A stretch of 64,000 bases of DNA from Chlorokybus atmophyticus (Eukaryota; Plantae; Mesostigma and Chlorokybus algae): assembly GCA_009103225.1 (NCBI GenBank), contig RHPI01003488.1, positions 1 to 64,000 of the forward strand. The letters are read 5' to 3'. The position numbers and the translations under genes were made by a program. Shown here piece after piece: positions 22,501 to 36,800 of this stretch (positions are counted from its first letter, which is position 1; the number at the start of each line of letters is the position of its first letter). The notes below the pieces were generated by a model that worked only from the letters and a program-made list of their open reading frames with translations, was not told where the DNA came from and made no database searches.

Positions 22501-25500
22501 TTCCACCACCTGTTGCTAGTCCTGCAGGCAATGGCACCCGCCTCATTGCAATCTTGTCACTCAGAGATAGGTGCTCGCATGTGTGGTCAATCAGGTTGCT
22601 AGGAGTCAGTGACCTTTGCGCCCCATCTTCCCCTGGGTTAGGCGTTTGGTTGTGGACATCTGCACATAAAATAGATCTGTTACATGGTGGACGGCAGTGT
22701 GCACGACGTCATCTCCTGACGTTGCAGTGCGCTTTGTTTTACTACGCTTGGCCATGAGTGACAAATGCTCATGCATGCTCGCATACGCTTGAGGGCAGGC
22801 GTGGGGATCTCAACCCATACTCAGTGTCAACAAGCCCGCGCATCTTTCTTGCATTGTTGCGTACTCGATTGCATGACATGCTGATAGTTTCGTTCATTTG
22901 CAGGTACACCTGTGGTGGTTGCGCCTGTCACTGCACCGCCAGCTCCAGACGTTCTGCCACCTCCAGGGGTTCTGCCACCTCCAGGGACTCTCCTACCACC
23001 ATTGCCTCCGCCATACCTCGGCCCACTGACACCTTCAGGGGCTCCAGCACCTGTAAGTGTACAATCACCTCACTAGCAGTTCACCATGACATGGCATTGG
23101 CCTGGTGACACAATGTGGCTTCTTGGCAGGTGCCACCTGGGCCGCCTCCTGTGGTAATTGTGGGTTCGCCTTTGCCCGGCACCAATGTGACAGTCAACGG
23201 CACAAGTGCGCAAGTGTTTGTCTCCCAAAATGCAACCGTCAATATCATCGTGAATCTGCCTGTCCCTGGAGTCTGCAACGTTAGCAGCTTCCAGTCCACT
23301 GACAACGCCCTGGCCATCCAAGTGACCTCATCAGCTCCTGTGAATGTCGCCAAATCCTTCTATGTTCTGCAGGTGACTGGCTGTGACGGTGATAGACTGT
23401 CAGTTGTCGCACACCATGAACTGTTTCATGACAAGTTGCACTGCTGGTTACTTTGTGGTGCTTTGTGTGCAAGTGGACAGTCTTACGGTGTGCACACACG
23501 GCATTGCTTGAAATTGACATTCCGCTAAAATAACTATCACAATGTGCCTGCAGCTCACAATTCCCGGATCAGACCCCATTGGCATTGACATTCCTCCAGG
23601 GGCCTGCACTACGGTTGGTGGAGATACTAGCATTAACGTCGCACCTATTATCATCATACACGGTAGGCAATGGCATGCTGCTAGTGCAGTCGTGCTTTGC
23701 TTGGCTTGCTGTGCGCTGCATACTAATGCTTCTGAATGTGCAGACAATGCTCCGCCAGCGCCGATTATCTACACGACTAGCCCACAGACGGAAAACAACA
23801 TCATCGGCCTTCTGATTGAGTTCGGAGAGCAAGTAGTACCAGATCTTACAGTTGATGACATGGTGTTATCAGCCTCCAACATCATGTATGAACAACACAG
23901 CGTTTCAGTCAGAACTATGACAATGTCTGGTAATTATGCAAGATGTTAACGCACATCTTTACCTTGACATGACAAGCTGCGCCCACGCAGTTCTACATCG
24001 CTTATTCGACTTGACCCTGCTTCATTCGCCATGGCCATCGTGCTGGCTGAAGAGGAACAGACGCTTGGAGCATACTTGCCGGCGGGGATTGTTACTGACC
24101 TTAGCGGTCTGTCTAACGTCGAGTCGAACCACGTCTTTGTAAACTACTGTAAGTGGCCAGCATCAGTGTGCTCTGCGTTTGCCTCCTGCACTAGTCAGGA
24201 TTGCTGACTTGCCATGTGCTTGCAGACACGCCATCTGCCACAGCCAGCAACCTTGGCTGGGGTATATCTGCGGCGGTGTGGGCTACAACTGTTGTCACAG
24301 CCGGTTCCTTTATCATGACGGGGATGTCCTACATGGCATCTGGTGTCCCAATGGATGCCGGTAGTTTGACAATGCCAGCAAGCGCACTTGTGGTATGCAG
24401 TCAATGCATCCACATTGGATGATTAGCTGTAGCTGCCACACCTGTCTGTGCATTGCATCTTGCAGCTTCATCACCTAACAACTAACACTGGATGTGATGG
24501 AATTTGCTGCAGTACCTTTACTACCATGTCCAAGTCTTTGCTGGGATGCACGATTTAGCTGCCAGGCTACCTTCTGACTACCGCACCTTTTCAAGCCGAT
24601 TGCTATGGTCCAATTTTCGAGTGGTATTGCCATGGGATGCTGGCAAGGAGTCCGCAAGCTTGTCTGCTCCTTCACCGCCACCTGCACGCCGCATGAGTCG
24701 CCGCTTGTTGGAAACTGTAAACACAGTTTTTCAGCAAGCAGACACTGGTCTCAAGTCCCTGGCGGACAGCGCTTTCAGCCTCACAACAAATGTCGGCAGG
24801 GAGCAGTCTGCTGAACAGAGAATACAACAGCTGTTTGGCAATGCGCAGCGACTTGGGTGGGTGCACTCTGTTCAGCATGTAGCCTGTGCATGCCCTCTTT
24901 GCATTCGCTGACACTCTTTGACCTTTGCAATCTGACCACAGATGGAAGGAGTTTGCGCAGATTGTGTTCTGGGTCGCAGTCGTGACTTTATTGCTGGTCG
25001 CACTTCATGTGGCGTTCATCAAGTTCTGTAAGAATGTCGCTAAATGGCGTCCATGGGGATTCATCCAGTTTCCACGACTTGAGATCTTCCTGTTCACCAT
25101 CAGCGTGCTGGGCATCTCTCAAGCATGTGCATTTCTCATAACAGGTTTGACATCAACGTTGCGTTGCAATGTCGCAACATCGCCAGCCATACTAGGGTGC
25201 TGACCTTGCATATTTGACTTCTGTGCAGTACATACCGTTGGCAGTATCATCCTCGGTGTCATTGTCCTCGTGGTCTTTCCAGTTGGCTTTGCAGCATTCT
25301 CAACATACTGGCTTCATTTCCAACTGATCAAGGTACACAGTGTCTTGCAATGCTAGTGCGTAGCTTGCATTTGGTTAATTGGGCCTGTCAGTGACTTGTG
25401 TGCTTGCTGCAGCGCCCAGCAGTGCGCTTTGTGTTGGAGAATCGCACCAGAGCGAGAGGCTGGCGGCGCTTCTGCTCTCCGCTTATCGGCAGGAAAGTTC

Positions 25501-26876
25501 ATGGCGAATGGAAAGTTGTGGAGCGCAGCATCGTGCCGCATGATGACTGGGTCGAGCGTTGGGGACTGTACTTTGAGGTGGGCATCCCTTTATCCGTTGT
25601 CTTCAATAAGCAGTTCCTAGCTGGCTGATCAAGGCATGCTTTGCCTGAGCGTTGGTCATCATGTTACTGTTTTTGTACAGGACTACATTGGGCCCGTGGT
25701 GGCGTCTGATGAGGTGCAGCATCACCATCTTCTCCGGCAGCACATTATGAACAACGTACGAGTAGCTTACATGGTCATGACCATCTGGCAACGGGTACGC
25801 GCGTGCTCGCACTCGAGGAGCTGGTTTCTGGTTGCATTGTTGCATTGAGAGTCTACATGTATTGTCTCAACTGGCATTTGGTCCCTGGATGCAGGTGGCT
25901 GTTGGTGTGGTCCTTGGAGCATTCGCGCGTTACGGCTCAAACAACAACTTTGTACAGGTAACATGTAGCAGCTTGTTGTCAAAGACATGTGGGTTCAGTT
26001 GGCTTCAAGAACATGTATTGATGCTGTACTTTTGTTCATTGGCAGGTCGGTCTGCTAGCCGGCATAAGTGTCTTCCAGGCATCCTTCCTCATCATACTGA
26101 GGGTGAGTGTCAAGTAGCTTTGCTATACTGCAGCTGGCAGTGTCCCTGTTCCCCCGCATTATCTGAGCCTCGCATACATGTGTGCAGCCCTTTGTGGATT
26201 TCGTGATGGAGACTATGGAGGCGCTGGCAGTGGTCTGCCAGATTGGCGCTTACATCTGCATAATCCTGACAATGCGCGCGGACGATCTAGGCCTCAGTGT
26301 TGATGCCCTTGGTGTGGCGATGATGGTTCTTGCCAGCGCAGCCATCCTCGTGCAGCTCCTCAACCAGTACGTGGCTGTATTTTGAGCTAACCACAATCGA
26401 CTGCTGACATGTCCTGTGCATGTAACTCACTTGAGAGGATGGTACACAGGTGGTATCTTCTATACTTGAACTTCCACACTTATGCACCGACTGCCGCGCG
26501 ACAAGTCCGGCAGATGCCCCCGTTGTGGCAGAAAGCAAAGAAGGCGATGCTGGCAGGTGAGCTCGCAAACTCGCCAACACCATCACCAAGTGTGGCTGCT
26601 GCGAGCGGACAGGACGTAAACAAGCCGCAAGACAAGCTGGACTTCGCTGTGGTGGTCTCTGAGGCGATGAAGGCAGAATTGAGAAACACTTTCGAACCCG
26701 AAAGCGACATGCCAAATCTCAAAGTGCTGAAGGTGGTCACAGAGGGCCCTTCACGTCAGTCTTCCGCACCAAGTACTCTTCTCGCCAGGGCTCTTTCCAA
26801 CAGGCCTTCGCTGGCAGCATCGTATACACCGATTTCGGACGAGCACACGCTTCATCAAGTTGTGCGGGAAAAGTAG
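19549..26876 (+). CDS. Large membrane protein: signal peptide, VWA-like domain, Pro-rich extensin-like region, Ig-like segment, multi-TM C-terminus (single-gene model inferred)
   Basis: Signal peptide MWRPLWLLACCCLVAAA; KLDIVFLVED and GVTVMAIGIG (VWA-like); Pro-rich exons at 21780-23160. TM exons (LQYLYYHVQVFAG..., WKEFAQIVFWVAVV...FPRLEIFLF) resemble an uncharacterised land-plant TM family. Confidence 0.65.
22173..22415 (+). repeat. Three 81-bp coding tandem repeats (PPASAPPIAVDTNIPPPAPGTLLSPSV)
   Basis: Units start at 22173, 22254 and 22335. Confidence 0.92.
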
Positions 26877-29044
26877 AGGTAGCAGGTGGTTTGACTGGTG
26901 GGTGTGATCGGCTTTGATTTGTACATGTAGAAGCAGCGCGGCGCAGGTGTAATCGGCGATGTTCTGTATCATTAACTTGAGGCGTTATTATACCTGTTGT
27001 GTAGAGTTCGTTAGCTAGTGTCCAGCCAATGAAGTGGTAGGTGTAGTGTAGCAACAGCAAGGTAGTTACAATGGACATAGACATTTTCTGTGCACAGTAC
27101 TTAAGTTAACATTGTTGACATCACCACCTCTCCTTGCAAAACAACCATGCTCGAGATGCCCTTCACTTGGTCTCTTTTTCCGGCCTGTGCTTGGGTTGGT
27201 GAGTAATGTGTATGCTGCTACGGGTGCACTATGCAATCACTTGTGATGTACGAGTGATGCACCATTCATTGGCTCGTACAACTCTAGATTCATGTGTTAC
27301 TTGGCATAGGTGATATCATCATCCGTAATACCAAAAGCGCTTTTGTCGTGTATGCCAAGACCTCGTTTTAAAGAAAAAAGACATTATAAAGCGGCGGAGG
27401 GCTGTACACGCTTTGCGCGTATGCTGTTACTGCTATTCAGCACACTCAATACCACATTTACGTATAGTACGCTTGCATTCACGTGTAAAGTACCCATGCA
27501 CCGTGTGCTGAGTTACAACCACAATTGTAGTCAATTACAATTACAGTAAAAAACGGTACGGAGTTACAATCAACACTACAACTGTGACCTGCACTCACAA
27601 TTGTAGTGGATACCATCGTAGCACTGTGCTACGCGTGGTTGTGCAGCTTTTATGGAATATGTATATCATTTGTACCATACAATAGTATTCGGTTATAGTC
27701 GCAATCACATGTAAATACGTGCAATATACGGAGTCTTGCAGCACAGCCCATGTGTGAGTTTGTCATGCATGTACACCGTTTGACATACTTTAAAATATGC
27801 ATTTTTGCGTTGTGATAAGTGCGGGGAGGCGAGTGGTTTTTAAAGTTTAAGGCTGTGCTTTGTAAAGCTGTTGTTCTGCCAGTGATGTTGATGACGACCG
27901 TCGTGTGACGCCGTTCCCTTGACATCTCTTAAAGCCGTCATATGATGCATGGCCTTGGTTGTTAATTTTTCTTGTACGCAACGCCGATTTATAACGATAA
28001 CTCCGGCGTTCTGCATTAGTGGACATGGCAGCGGCAATGCACGGCGGCTGGAGACAATATTGGTTGCAACTGCTGTACTCACTGCAAGCCATTCTACTAG
28101 CGATAGATTTAAATCTCCATCCATAATAGTGATATACGGTGTTATACATGTACAGCATGTTTGATATCACACATATATAATGCATCATACTTGTGTCGCA
28201 CCACACATGACATGACATACTCATATCATAATTGCTATTCACAGATTTAATTCAGGAAAGCATATGATCCAAAAAATGATGCAATAGCTACCTTTACAAA
28301 GGTTTTTCATTCCGCTTGGTAAGCGCGAGAATACTACCATGCGGTATTAACATATGGAGCCCATCAGGCTTCATACTAAAGTTGTAAAGCAGTAACCATT
28401 TGACAAAGTGATTATAATAATGTGTAAAATACATTAACACTTTGCCCGTTTCTAATATTCGGTTGCCTACCCGTGACGCCGTAAGAAGTGTTGCGCCTCC
28501 GCTCATCGTAGCGCTTACGTTACAATGACCTAGATGGGTGTTACATTTGTAGCGCGAGCTTGGGGCACTAGTTGGAACCCCGTTGCGTCCATTTGAGCAG
28601 GGAAGGTGAATGTGCTGATGTGATCAATTGGTCGCACCACGCGCGGCTGCGTGCTGAATTGCGCGGCTATGATGACCTTGCCGGGACGGTGGCAATAGCT
28701 AACCCGCAATGCAAGCATGCGACTGTGAGTTAATGCCTGGAGGAAGGCGACACCTCCAAAAGTGTCGCGGATGCTCTCGTCATAGGGCTTTTGCTACGAT
28801 AGCTTGATTAGTTGTTACACAAACGTAGCTTTTATTGCACTTGGATGTAGAGGCGTTTCTTTGAACATGCACATTACTTAATTGATTGATTGTGGCAAAC
28901 ATCCTAGCGTGTCATTGCACAGATAGTGCTGCAACCTCCTTTCGTGTATCTCTTTGAAAGCAGACACCGCAGAGAACACAACATCTGTACAACATGGCAC
29001 TTGCACAACATGAAGGACGGCCCCCGGGCAATGCACATACCAAA

Positions 29045-29990
29045 TTACAAGCCCGCTTCCAGCAGCAACCCCTCAAAGGCCTCCCAAGTGAGCCCCTGCG
29101 CCACGTACTGCGGCTGGTCGGGGTTGTAGGGCGCCTGCATGCGGTCAATGGAGACAATCGTCGCGTCCTCAGCAAGGACGGGCTCGCCCGGGTCGACTGC
29201 CGTCGGACGGATCAACGAGGAAGAAAACCCCTGTGGAGGATGAGTGTTTCACATTGCTGCTGGCCAACTGTAGCTCAGCTTGAGCTTAGGCTTGTGTTGG
29301 CAACTGGATGCGTTCGATTGGAATGCGCAACAGCACATGCAGACCTGAGTGTAGTTATGGCACTCGCCTGTCAAGTCCGTTGATAAAGCTTAAGTGTGCT
29401 ATCAATCATCACTACAACAGCATCGTGGTAGTGCCATGCTTAGATGGCACAAGCACAGTGGCAAGTGCATGCAGACATACCAGAATATGCAAGCAACATG
29501 GCATGCATGGCACCATGCCAGCCGCTATGACGTCCCCTAGAGTCACAAACTACGTTTCAGTTAGTAAGTGAACTGATGACTTCAATCATAATGGTATAAT
29601 GGTGTAGGACTACTGCACGGAGAAAAGTATATGCCAGCCGTGGCCACCAGTGGCAGGCTTTTCAGCACTAGCACAGACAAAAGAGGAGGGCTATACCCAC
29701 TGCCCCCTTTCCGCTACCTTGAAGACAACGATGTAGTCCTCCTCACCGTCCACCTCAGCAGTTACGGCCAGCACCTCCTGCGGCCGCCGCTCCGTCCATC
29801 GCTCCAGGCGGGCGCCTTTGCTTGACGACCCCTCCGCCGCACAAACAGCGAACCGCAAGCGTCCGGCTGCTGTCACCCCACTTCCCCGCCTCACAGCTCC
29901 CTTCGTCCTCCTGCATAAGCACGATCCCGGCGTCCTGATCACCACCGCCGCCGCCACCGAGACAGCGGCGACACCCGCAGCGACATGCAT
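29045..29990 (-). CDS. Conserved plastid-targeted protein, DUF7734-like (cyanobacterial/plant family), two exons
   Basis: Transit-peptide-like N-terminus, then LERWTERRPQEVLAVTAEVDGEEDYIVVFK|GFSSSLIRPTAVDPGEPVLAEDATIVSIDRMQAPYNPDQPQYVAQGLTWEAF. Confidence 0.8.
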
Positions 29991-30356
29991 GCTGACGACT
30001 GTGTGAGGAATTCCAACAGCCAAGCGAATGGCGTCGTCATGACCATTGCTATTGCAGAGCAAGTTGTTGGTTGCACAGCCGATTTGCCACAGCTGACAGA
30101 CAACACACAATAATTATCGAACGGAGCATGCAAGCGATAGTCTGTACAACCATACACATGCTTGTGCAGATTATCGTTTTAGACCGGGACAATGGCTGCA
30201 AATCAGACAAGCCTGACGCATGCTTATTGGGCGGGAGGTTGTTGGCGGGGGCATTGGCGGTGTCGTTGACGTTGTCGCTAGGGCTGTTGGTGGCGTGGGT
30301 GTGGCTTTGGGGTTGGCATCGGGTGGTGAGGAGCGGGCGTTGTCCTGTCGGCAGCA

Positions 30357-32291
30357 ATGAGCGGCGGCGGGGGCCCTGATCCGCTGTTTCTCGCACGCAA
30401 CAGCTTCTACCTGGGAGCGCACCAGGCCGCCATCAACGAGGCGGCGGCTCTCCCCGCCAACTTGTCCGACCAGGACGCCACTGAGAGGGACTCTCTCGTC
30501 TACCGCTCCTACATCGCGCTCGGCTCATACCAGGTCACTTGCTTTCTGTGCTTGTCACGCTTGAACTTGTATACAGAATGTGACATCTGGCACAGCTGCT
30601 CGCATCAGCATGGCTGTATTGATCTTGCCTGCGTCAGTTGCATTGGGTGATGTTCAGTGACATGCTTTGGTGCGGCATAGCGCGTACTGCTGGTTTGTGG
30701 TGGTGTTCCTCAAGGCATGCTGGTTTTTGCTCTGCAGATTGTCATTGATGAGATCGCAAGCAATGCTCCTACGTCGCTACAAGCTGTCAAGCTCCTAGCG
30801 CAGTATTTTGCCAGCGAACAGAACAAGGTACGAAGCTATAGCTTAATAGACTGCCTTTGCCATGAAGTCAGCGGTAATGGCATGCTTCACCTGGGATTAT
30901 TTTTAATAAACTGCTTCAGACAGCAGGCACTTTCTTGAGTTCAAATTAGTTTTGACATGTATGCACGCATGGCAAGTAAGTATCACTGCTCGCTTATGGT
31001 ACGCATCAGCTCAGTTACTCAAGTTGTGTGTTGCAGGACATGGTGTTGTCAACGCTACAACAGTGGTTGTCTGATCCCAGCTATTCACTATCTGGCCCGT
31101 TGCTACTGGTGGCGGGTGTCATCTATAGCAATGAGCAGGACTATGTGAACGCGTTGAAATGTTTGTTCACTGGTGCAGGCGTGAGCTCAGGCAACCTCAA
31201 GCTTGAACTGTGAGCACTCGCTGTGTTCAACCAAACACGCATTTTGCTCGTACACTGTGTACTACAGATTATGACGATGATGACTCTCAGGGGTAATGTG
31301 TGAGCTCTCTCTGAGGAAGCTCAGAGACTGTGTTGTGTTCATGGCAGGATGGCCACATCTATTCAAGCGTACTTGAGGATGGACAGAGTTGATATTGCAG
31401 AGAAGGAGTTGCGCAACATGCAGTCTGTTGATGACGATCACACGCTCACCCAGCTGTCAACCGCATGGGTCAACTTGGCTGTGGTGAGTGACAGTTGCAT
31501 ACATGCGTATGTACAGAGTGTTCTCGCAAGTTCTGGCTCGTTGTGACAAATGCAAGCAACCACTGTACTACTCAAATGTGGGGTATGGTCGAACTATTGG
31601 ACAGGCGGTATGCATGCAGTAGGTGACTCTGCACACCCTATCTTGTTAGGTCACTGTCTATACAGTCGCAATATCGCTGTCTTGAAGCTCCATCTTGCGC
31701 GCGCCCTATTAGCACATGCTTGTAGATAGCACAAGATGCATCAACGCGGGGTCAGCCCAAGACATGCGCATGCCTGCTCCATGGGTCATGTCCCGTCAAT
31801 GCAGTAGTGACGTGCTGGGTTTCAATGACAGGGTGGTCCGAAGACTCAAGAGGCTTTCTACATCTTTCAAGAGCTTGGAGACAAGTACACGTGGACAGTG
31901 CGTTTGAAAAATGGCAGCGCACTGGCATCCATGCAGATGGGACACTATGAAGAAGCCGAGCGCGATCTTCTGGAGGCCCTAAACAAGGTGACTGCAACAC
32001 TTATGAGTTATCAACTTGTGGTTATCAGTAAGGTTTGGCTTGCATTAGATATTGTGTGCTGTGTCTCTCACGCTGTTTATTTGATCGTCGTTGTCAATGT
32101 GACTCAATTGTTTGCAGGACTCCAACAACTTGGATACACTGGCGAACCTTGTTGTTGCCGATCTGCACGTGGGGAAGCCCGTCACTCGCTACCTGAATCA
32201 GATCAGGACATCAGGCCCCAACCATGCATTCGCTAAGCGGATTAATGCTATGGAGGCCGCATTTGACAGGGCGGCACAACAGTTTTCATAG
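30357..32291 (+). CDS. COPE: Coatomer subunit epsilon, multi-exon
   Basis: [55 protein letters not shown] and [17 protein letters not shown]. Confidence 0.93.
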
Positions 32292-33837
32292 ACTGGTGGC
32301 ACATTAGCCGGGATTGTATGGTACCTGCATTGCCCTTTCACCAATTGGCAGGAAGGGAGCAGGTATAGTGTATATTGGCATGCTGCGCATGCTGCATTTG
32401 TACTGAGAAATGATGACTGCCGTGGTTGCGGCGCCCAGAGTCGCCACCATTCTCACTTCACTGGTTGCAAGAATGAACATTCGCTTTGGCATCCTGTCAC
32501 TGTGGCAAGTTTGCAATTGGAGGTGACCATTGTTGCCGGGGGTGGTGCGGTCTCGGTCTTCATATCGGGAGCAAGTGGCAGCGTAATGAATGTGTGTGGC
32601 CATGCTGATCTTGCTAGTACAGTCAGCGAAGTCAGCAAAGATGCAACCTTTTTGTGGTGTATACGCTAGCATGTCAATGCAAGTCTCATTATACACGTGT
32701 GTATAGGAGTGCTGTTTTTGCACGCATAGGCATGCAATATGCACACAGCAACACCACGTCATCGCTAGACAAGGTTGTAGTCAAACCCTACCGGGCTAAT
32801 CACTATCAAATTGGTAGTTAGTGTCGCGCTTAGTGCGTAGATAGGCTAACATGTAGCCTGGTGGTGTTAAACGTAAACGCAAGCATGCAGTGTGTTGAGT
32901 TGGAGTGTGCTTGGCATGCGGTGTGCTTTGCATTCGCGTGATGCAGCTTGCATGTTTTGTAAACTACCACACTATTATTACCGCCCATCCCCATTAGACA
33001 TGCATGCATAAGGTATATATAGACATGCATGCATAAGGTATAAGTCACAGGGCAACGAAGCATTTCAAATGCACAATAAGCAGCACCACCAGCAGCAAGC
33101 AAACTGGACACAAAGACAGGCAAGAGCAACACTTCCATTATTACAGGGGCTTTACAACTATGTGCACTACTTGCACTACGTGCTCTAGGCGGGGCGCGGC
33201 AGTAGGATGCGGTGGCAAGCAGCAGGAGAGAAGCAACCAACCAACCAACCAACCTAAGCACACAGGCACAAGCGCAACGACAGAATTCTGGAGATGCATG
33301 TTGACATGTTGTAGTTGTTACTTGCCCACAAGGCCGTTATATTGAGGGTGAGTCTCTTCGCAACTCCTGCACATAATGGAATGGAATTTCTGCGCGGCAA
33401 CGCACATGAATGATGTCATGCAGCCTAAATGTTGGGTTTTGTCACAGTTGCGGATGCAATTTTGTTGTGGGTACCATGTACAAGTGCACATGATTGCGCT
33501 GCACTATTCACTGCGCTAGCACACGCGCACATCCATCAGCACACGCCCGCTTGCGCACAGCATCGCACAGTCGTGGATACATCGTTGTGCTGCTTGTTTA
33601 CCACAACACACAACAACATCGCTGGTCGCCTTACACGTACACCAGATACGTGACAACATTTGCGATGCCACATGATTAGCAAGTCCCGGGTCAGGTGCTA
33701 CACAGAGGCAAGAGAAGTGGAGGCACTGACTGTGCACACACATGTCGCTAATGTCACCAAATGCTTTGTGCACGACGGCACACCAGTGATGCTGACAGTA
33801 AAGCACTAATTTGCAACCTTGCTGATACATCAGTACA

Positions 33838-36800
33838 TCAGTCCTCTTTACTTCTTGTTCTTATGAACAACATGACGCCGCCATAAGCCAGAGCGCCTGC
33901 AATGATAATGCTAGCTAGCGTGGTGAACTGCAGAGAGTGACCTGCATGTTTGTACTCGATACGGCACAGCTTGAGAGATTCCCGTGCTTTGATCAACTCT
34001 TGCTCGACCACACTGCACAAATCAGTGTCATTAATGTCATTGGACGTATGAACTAACTGCACAACATGCAGCGTGTGGAACAAATAATGTATAGCTGATG
34101 TGTGCCAGAAAAGGTAGACGAAGTTTGCTGCATGAATGTGACGGCTTACTCTTCAAACAGGTGTACAGCCGTCAGTATGCTGCTTGACCGTCTGTATGCC
34201 TGATCCAGGTCATGCGTCCAAAGCAGTTCTCCCAATTTCACCAGCTGCTCTTCAAGACCCTGCGCATTTGCACCGACGCATTGCAACATGTTGTTTAGGC
34301 TCGCTCGAGCAATGCGCATGCAACCCCCCAACTTTGCCTGTTGTTTCAGGCTAGACCAGTCATCCGCAAACATTCATATCAGTCATGGCTTTTGTCTGCA
34401 TGTGGTGTGGGAGTGTGTGGGAGTGCTGCTACCTGCAACTGCTGCTCAAGACGCTGCACGGTCGGGTAGGGCAGTGGCGGGGCGGTTTTGCCGGGGTCTC
34501 TGAACATGCGGTCGAGCCACATCTGAGGAGTCCTGACGTGCAGCTTCTCTATGCGTTGTCCGAAGGGGTCTGCCAGGTGAGTCTCGGCAAACTCTTGGAT
34601 GCGCTGTGGTACAAGGCATGAGTGACAGCCCTAAGCGTGCAACTGGACGCATTGTGTACAGAATAGTGCAGATGCTTACCTCCAATGCTTGACGAATGGA
34701 TCGCAGAGCTGTATCCGCTCTTGACAGTATGGCATTGCGATGTGCAACGTCTATGTGCAGTTGACTCAAGCGCGTGCAATTGGTGAATGGGCCGAAAGGG
34801 TGATGGCCCATAGCCCACAGCCAGGTCTCTTCCCTTTGACCCTGAGGCAACACACAAAACAGAGTAAGCACCCAACTACCAGTGTGCATTAAGTGCATTA
34901 ACAACGACATCATGTCGTATAATATAAGACACATTGGTAACGCACCTTGATTTGTGATATTCTTTCACAAGGAGCTGTAAGGCCACCCAAGGCCATTGCG
35001 ACTCCCGCAACCAGCTGCTGCGTGGAAGCAATGGGTCGTGCAAACTGCAGCTCAGACTCTGAAGCAAACCTGCATCCACCGCAACGTTCAAGTGATTGTT
35101 CAATGAAGCGCTTGGCAAACCAACACACGACAGAATGTTCTGGTAACAAATCCAGCACAAACCGCATACTCTCTCAATTGCACTGTATGAAAAGTCAAAG
35201 TCACACTTTACGCAGCAATCAAGCAGCTCTGCACTGATATTTGTGTGCAGTTTTGGCAAGCAATGTAGAAGTGTCTCACCCCAAAGGCACAGCTTCAGAA
35301 GGCGTTTGAAGAACAACAACGGCATCTCGTGATGCAGCAACAAGCGACTGGCCATCCAGCAGCAGATTGTGTGACGCCTTCCCAAGTGAGAACACAAAAA
35401 CGGGAAGTACGCGCATTCCAAAATTGTGTGCGAAGTGCTTGGAGGACTTCGCCTGGCTTGTCAATGCTGCATGCATGCTGAACCGGTCCAGAGCCGGCAC
35501 CTGCTTGCAACAAAGCCTTCAAGCTTTTTTGGCAGAGTTACAATGCATTGAAATTGATGAAGTGCCCCAACTGGTGACCAACCGTAGTGCAGTCTGCCTC
35601 AGTACTTGAATTGTAGGCACACTGACAGGCTGATGCATGTGGCATTACCGCATAAAATGTGTCAGCTATGCCAGGGTGTGTTGCGCGTAGCAGTCGTGCT
35701 GTCACCGTGTCTCCAACTTGACGGAGTTCCTAAATAAACAAAGCCCCTTTGTAAGACACAGTGCGCGGAGCCAGTTGCTTGACTAACTTACATGCGCTAT
35801 GCCTGTTGACAATAGCCTTTGCTTGTCCTACAGTCATACCTCCAGCAGCACGCGCGAGTCAAGCACAGGTGTTGTTGTGCTGTTGCGCTCCTCCTGCGAA
35901 TCCTGCATGGACCAGGCAATCTGGATAACGTGTCACACACAGCACAACTGCTTGCTGGCTTTCACCCAGACTCATAGACCACATGTACAAGTCATGCTTC
36001 AGCAGACTGACGTTGCTTGTACCTGTGGGTCTGAACTTGGCGTGGACTCAGCAGGCATTCCTTTGGCCAAAGCCATTGCCAAGGGCTCAACGTCTTGAAG
36101 CATATGCACTGCACCAACCACAACAACGTCCTGACTGGATGGTGTCAACCGCCGGATCTGACATACAGGTGCTTGAGTAAACACTGCAAGTGTGCATGTG
36201 CAAATTTTCATGTATGCAAGGGTCACACGAGCAAGGGCAACTTGTTGTGTTTATGCAGCAGACCTCTTCTTCAACAGCAAGAACATCAATGCTCGCATTG
36301 TGCCCAGGCAGAAGCGGGTGGAAGTCGCTATGATCCCTCAGTACAAGGATGGGAACAAGCACGCGATGAGCAAAGTCAGGCGTTTCTGTCCTGCAATGGC
36401 ATGCTGACGCTAATAAGCAGCTGCAGATGTACTTCATACTGACTCCATGAAACTGATGTTCGTGTAGAACGCAACCTCACAGAACAGCAGACGAGCCTAC
36501 AGTGCCTGTGCCAACACAAGATGCCTGCTGGGCCATATGAACAACATGTTCACTGGCCCAGAGTCTCACAAGACATACAGCGAGTTACTATATACGGCAC
36601 ACAAGCAGCAATCACATTGGCTGTAATGCGCCAATGCAAGATCAGCTTTTTACCCTCAGTGGCGCGTACCTTATGTCAGGCGCGAACAGGTGCTGAACAG
36701 CTGAGACCACAAGCGCAGACAGTTTGCCCCTGAACTGCGAATCTTTGAGCGGCTTGTCGGGAGCCGGCATGTTGGTGCTTAGAGCCGGATGTAGCAGCCC

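Noticed and set aside
27600-28900. AT-rich intergenic block as a possible TE remnant
   Set aside because: No termini, TSD or transposase motif could be identified.
32304-33345. Candidate small gene between COPE and the At5g58100-like gene
   Set aside because: The ORFs lack recognisable motifs and are consistent with UTR or intergenic sequence.
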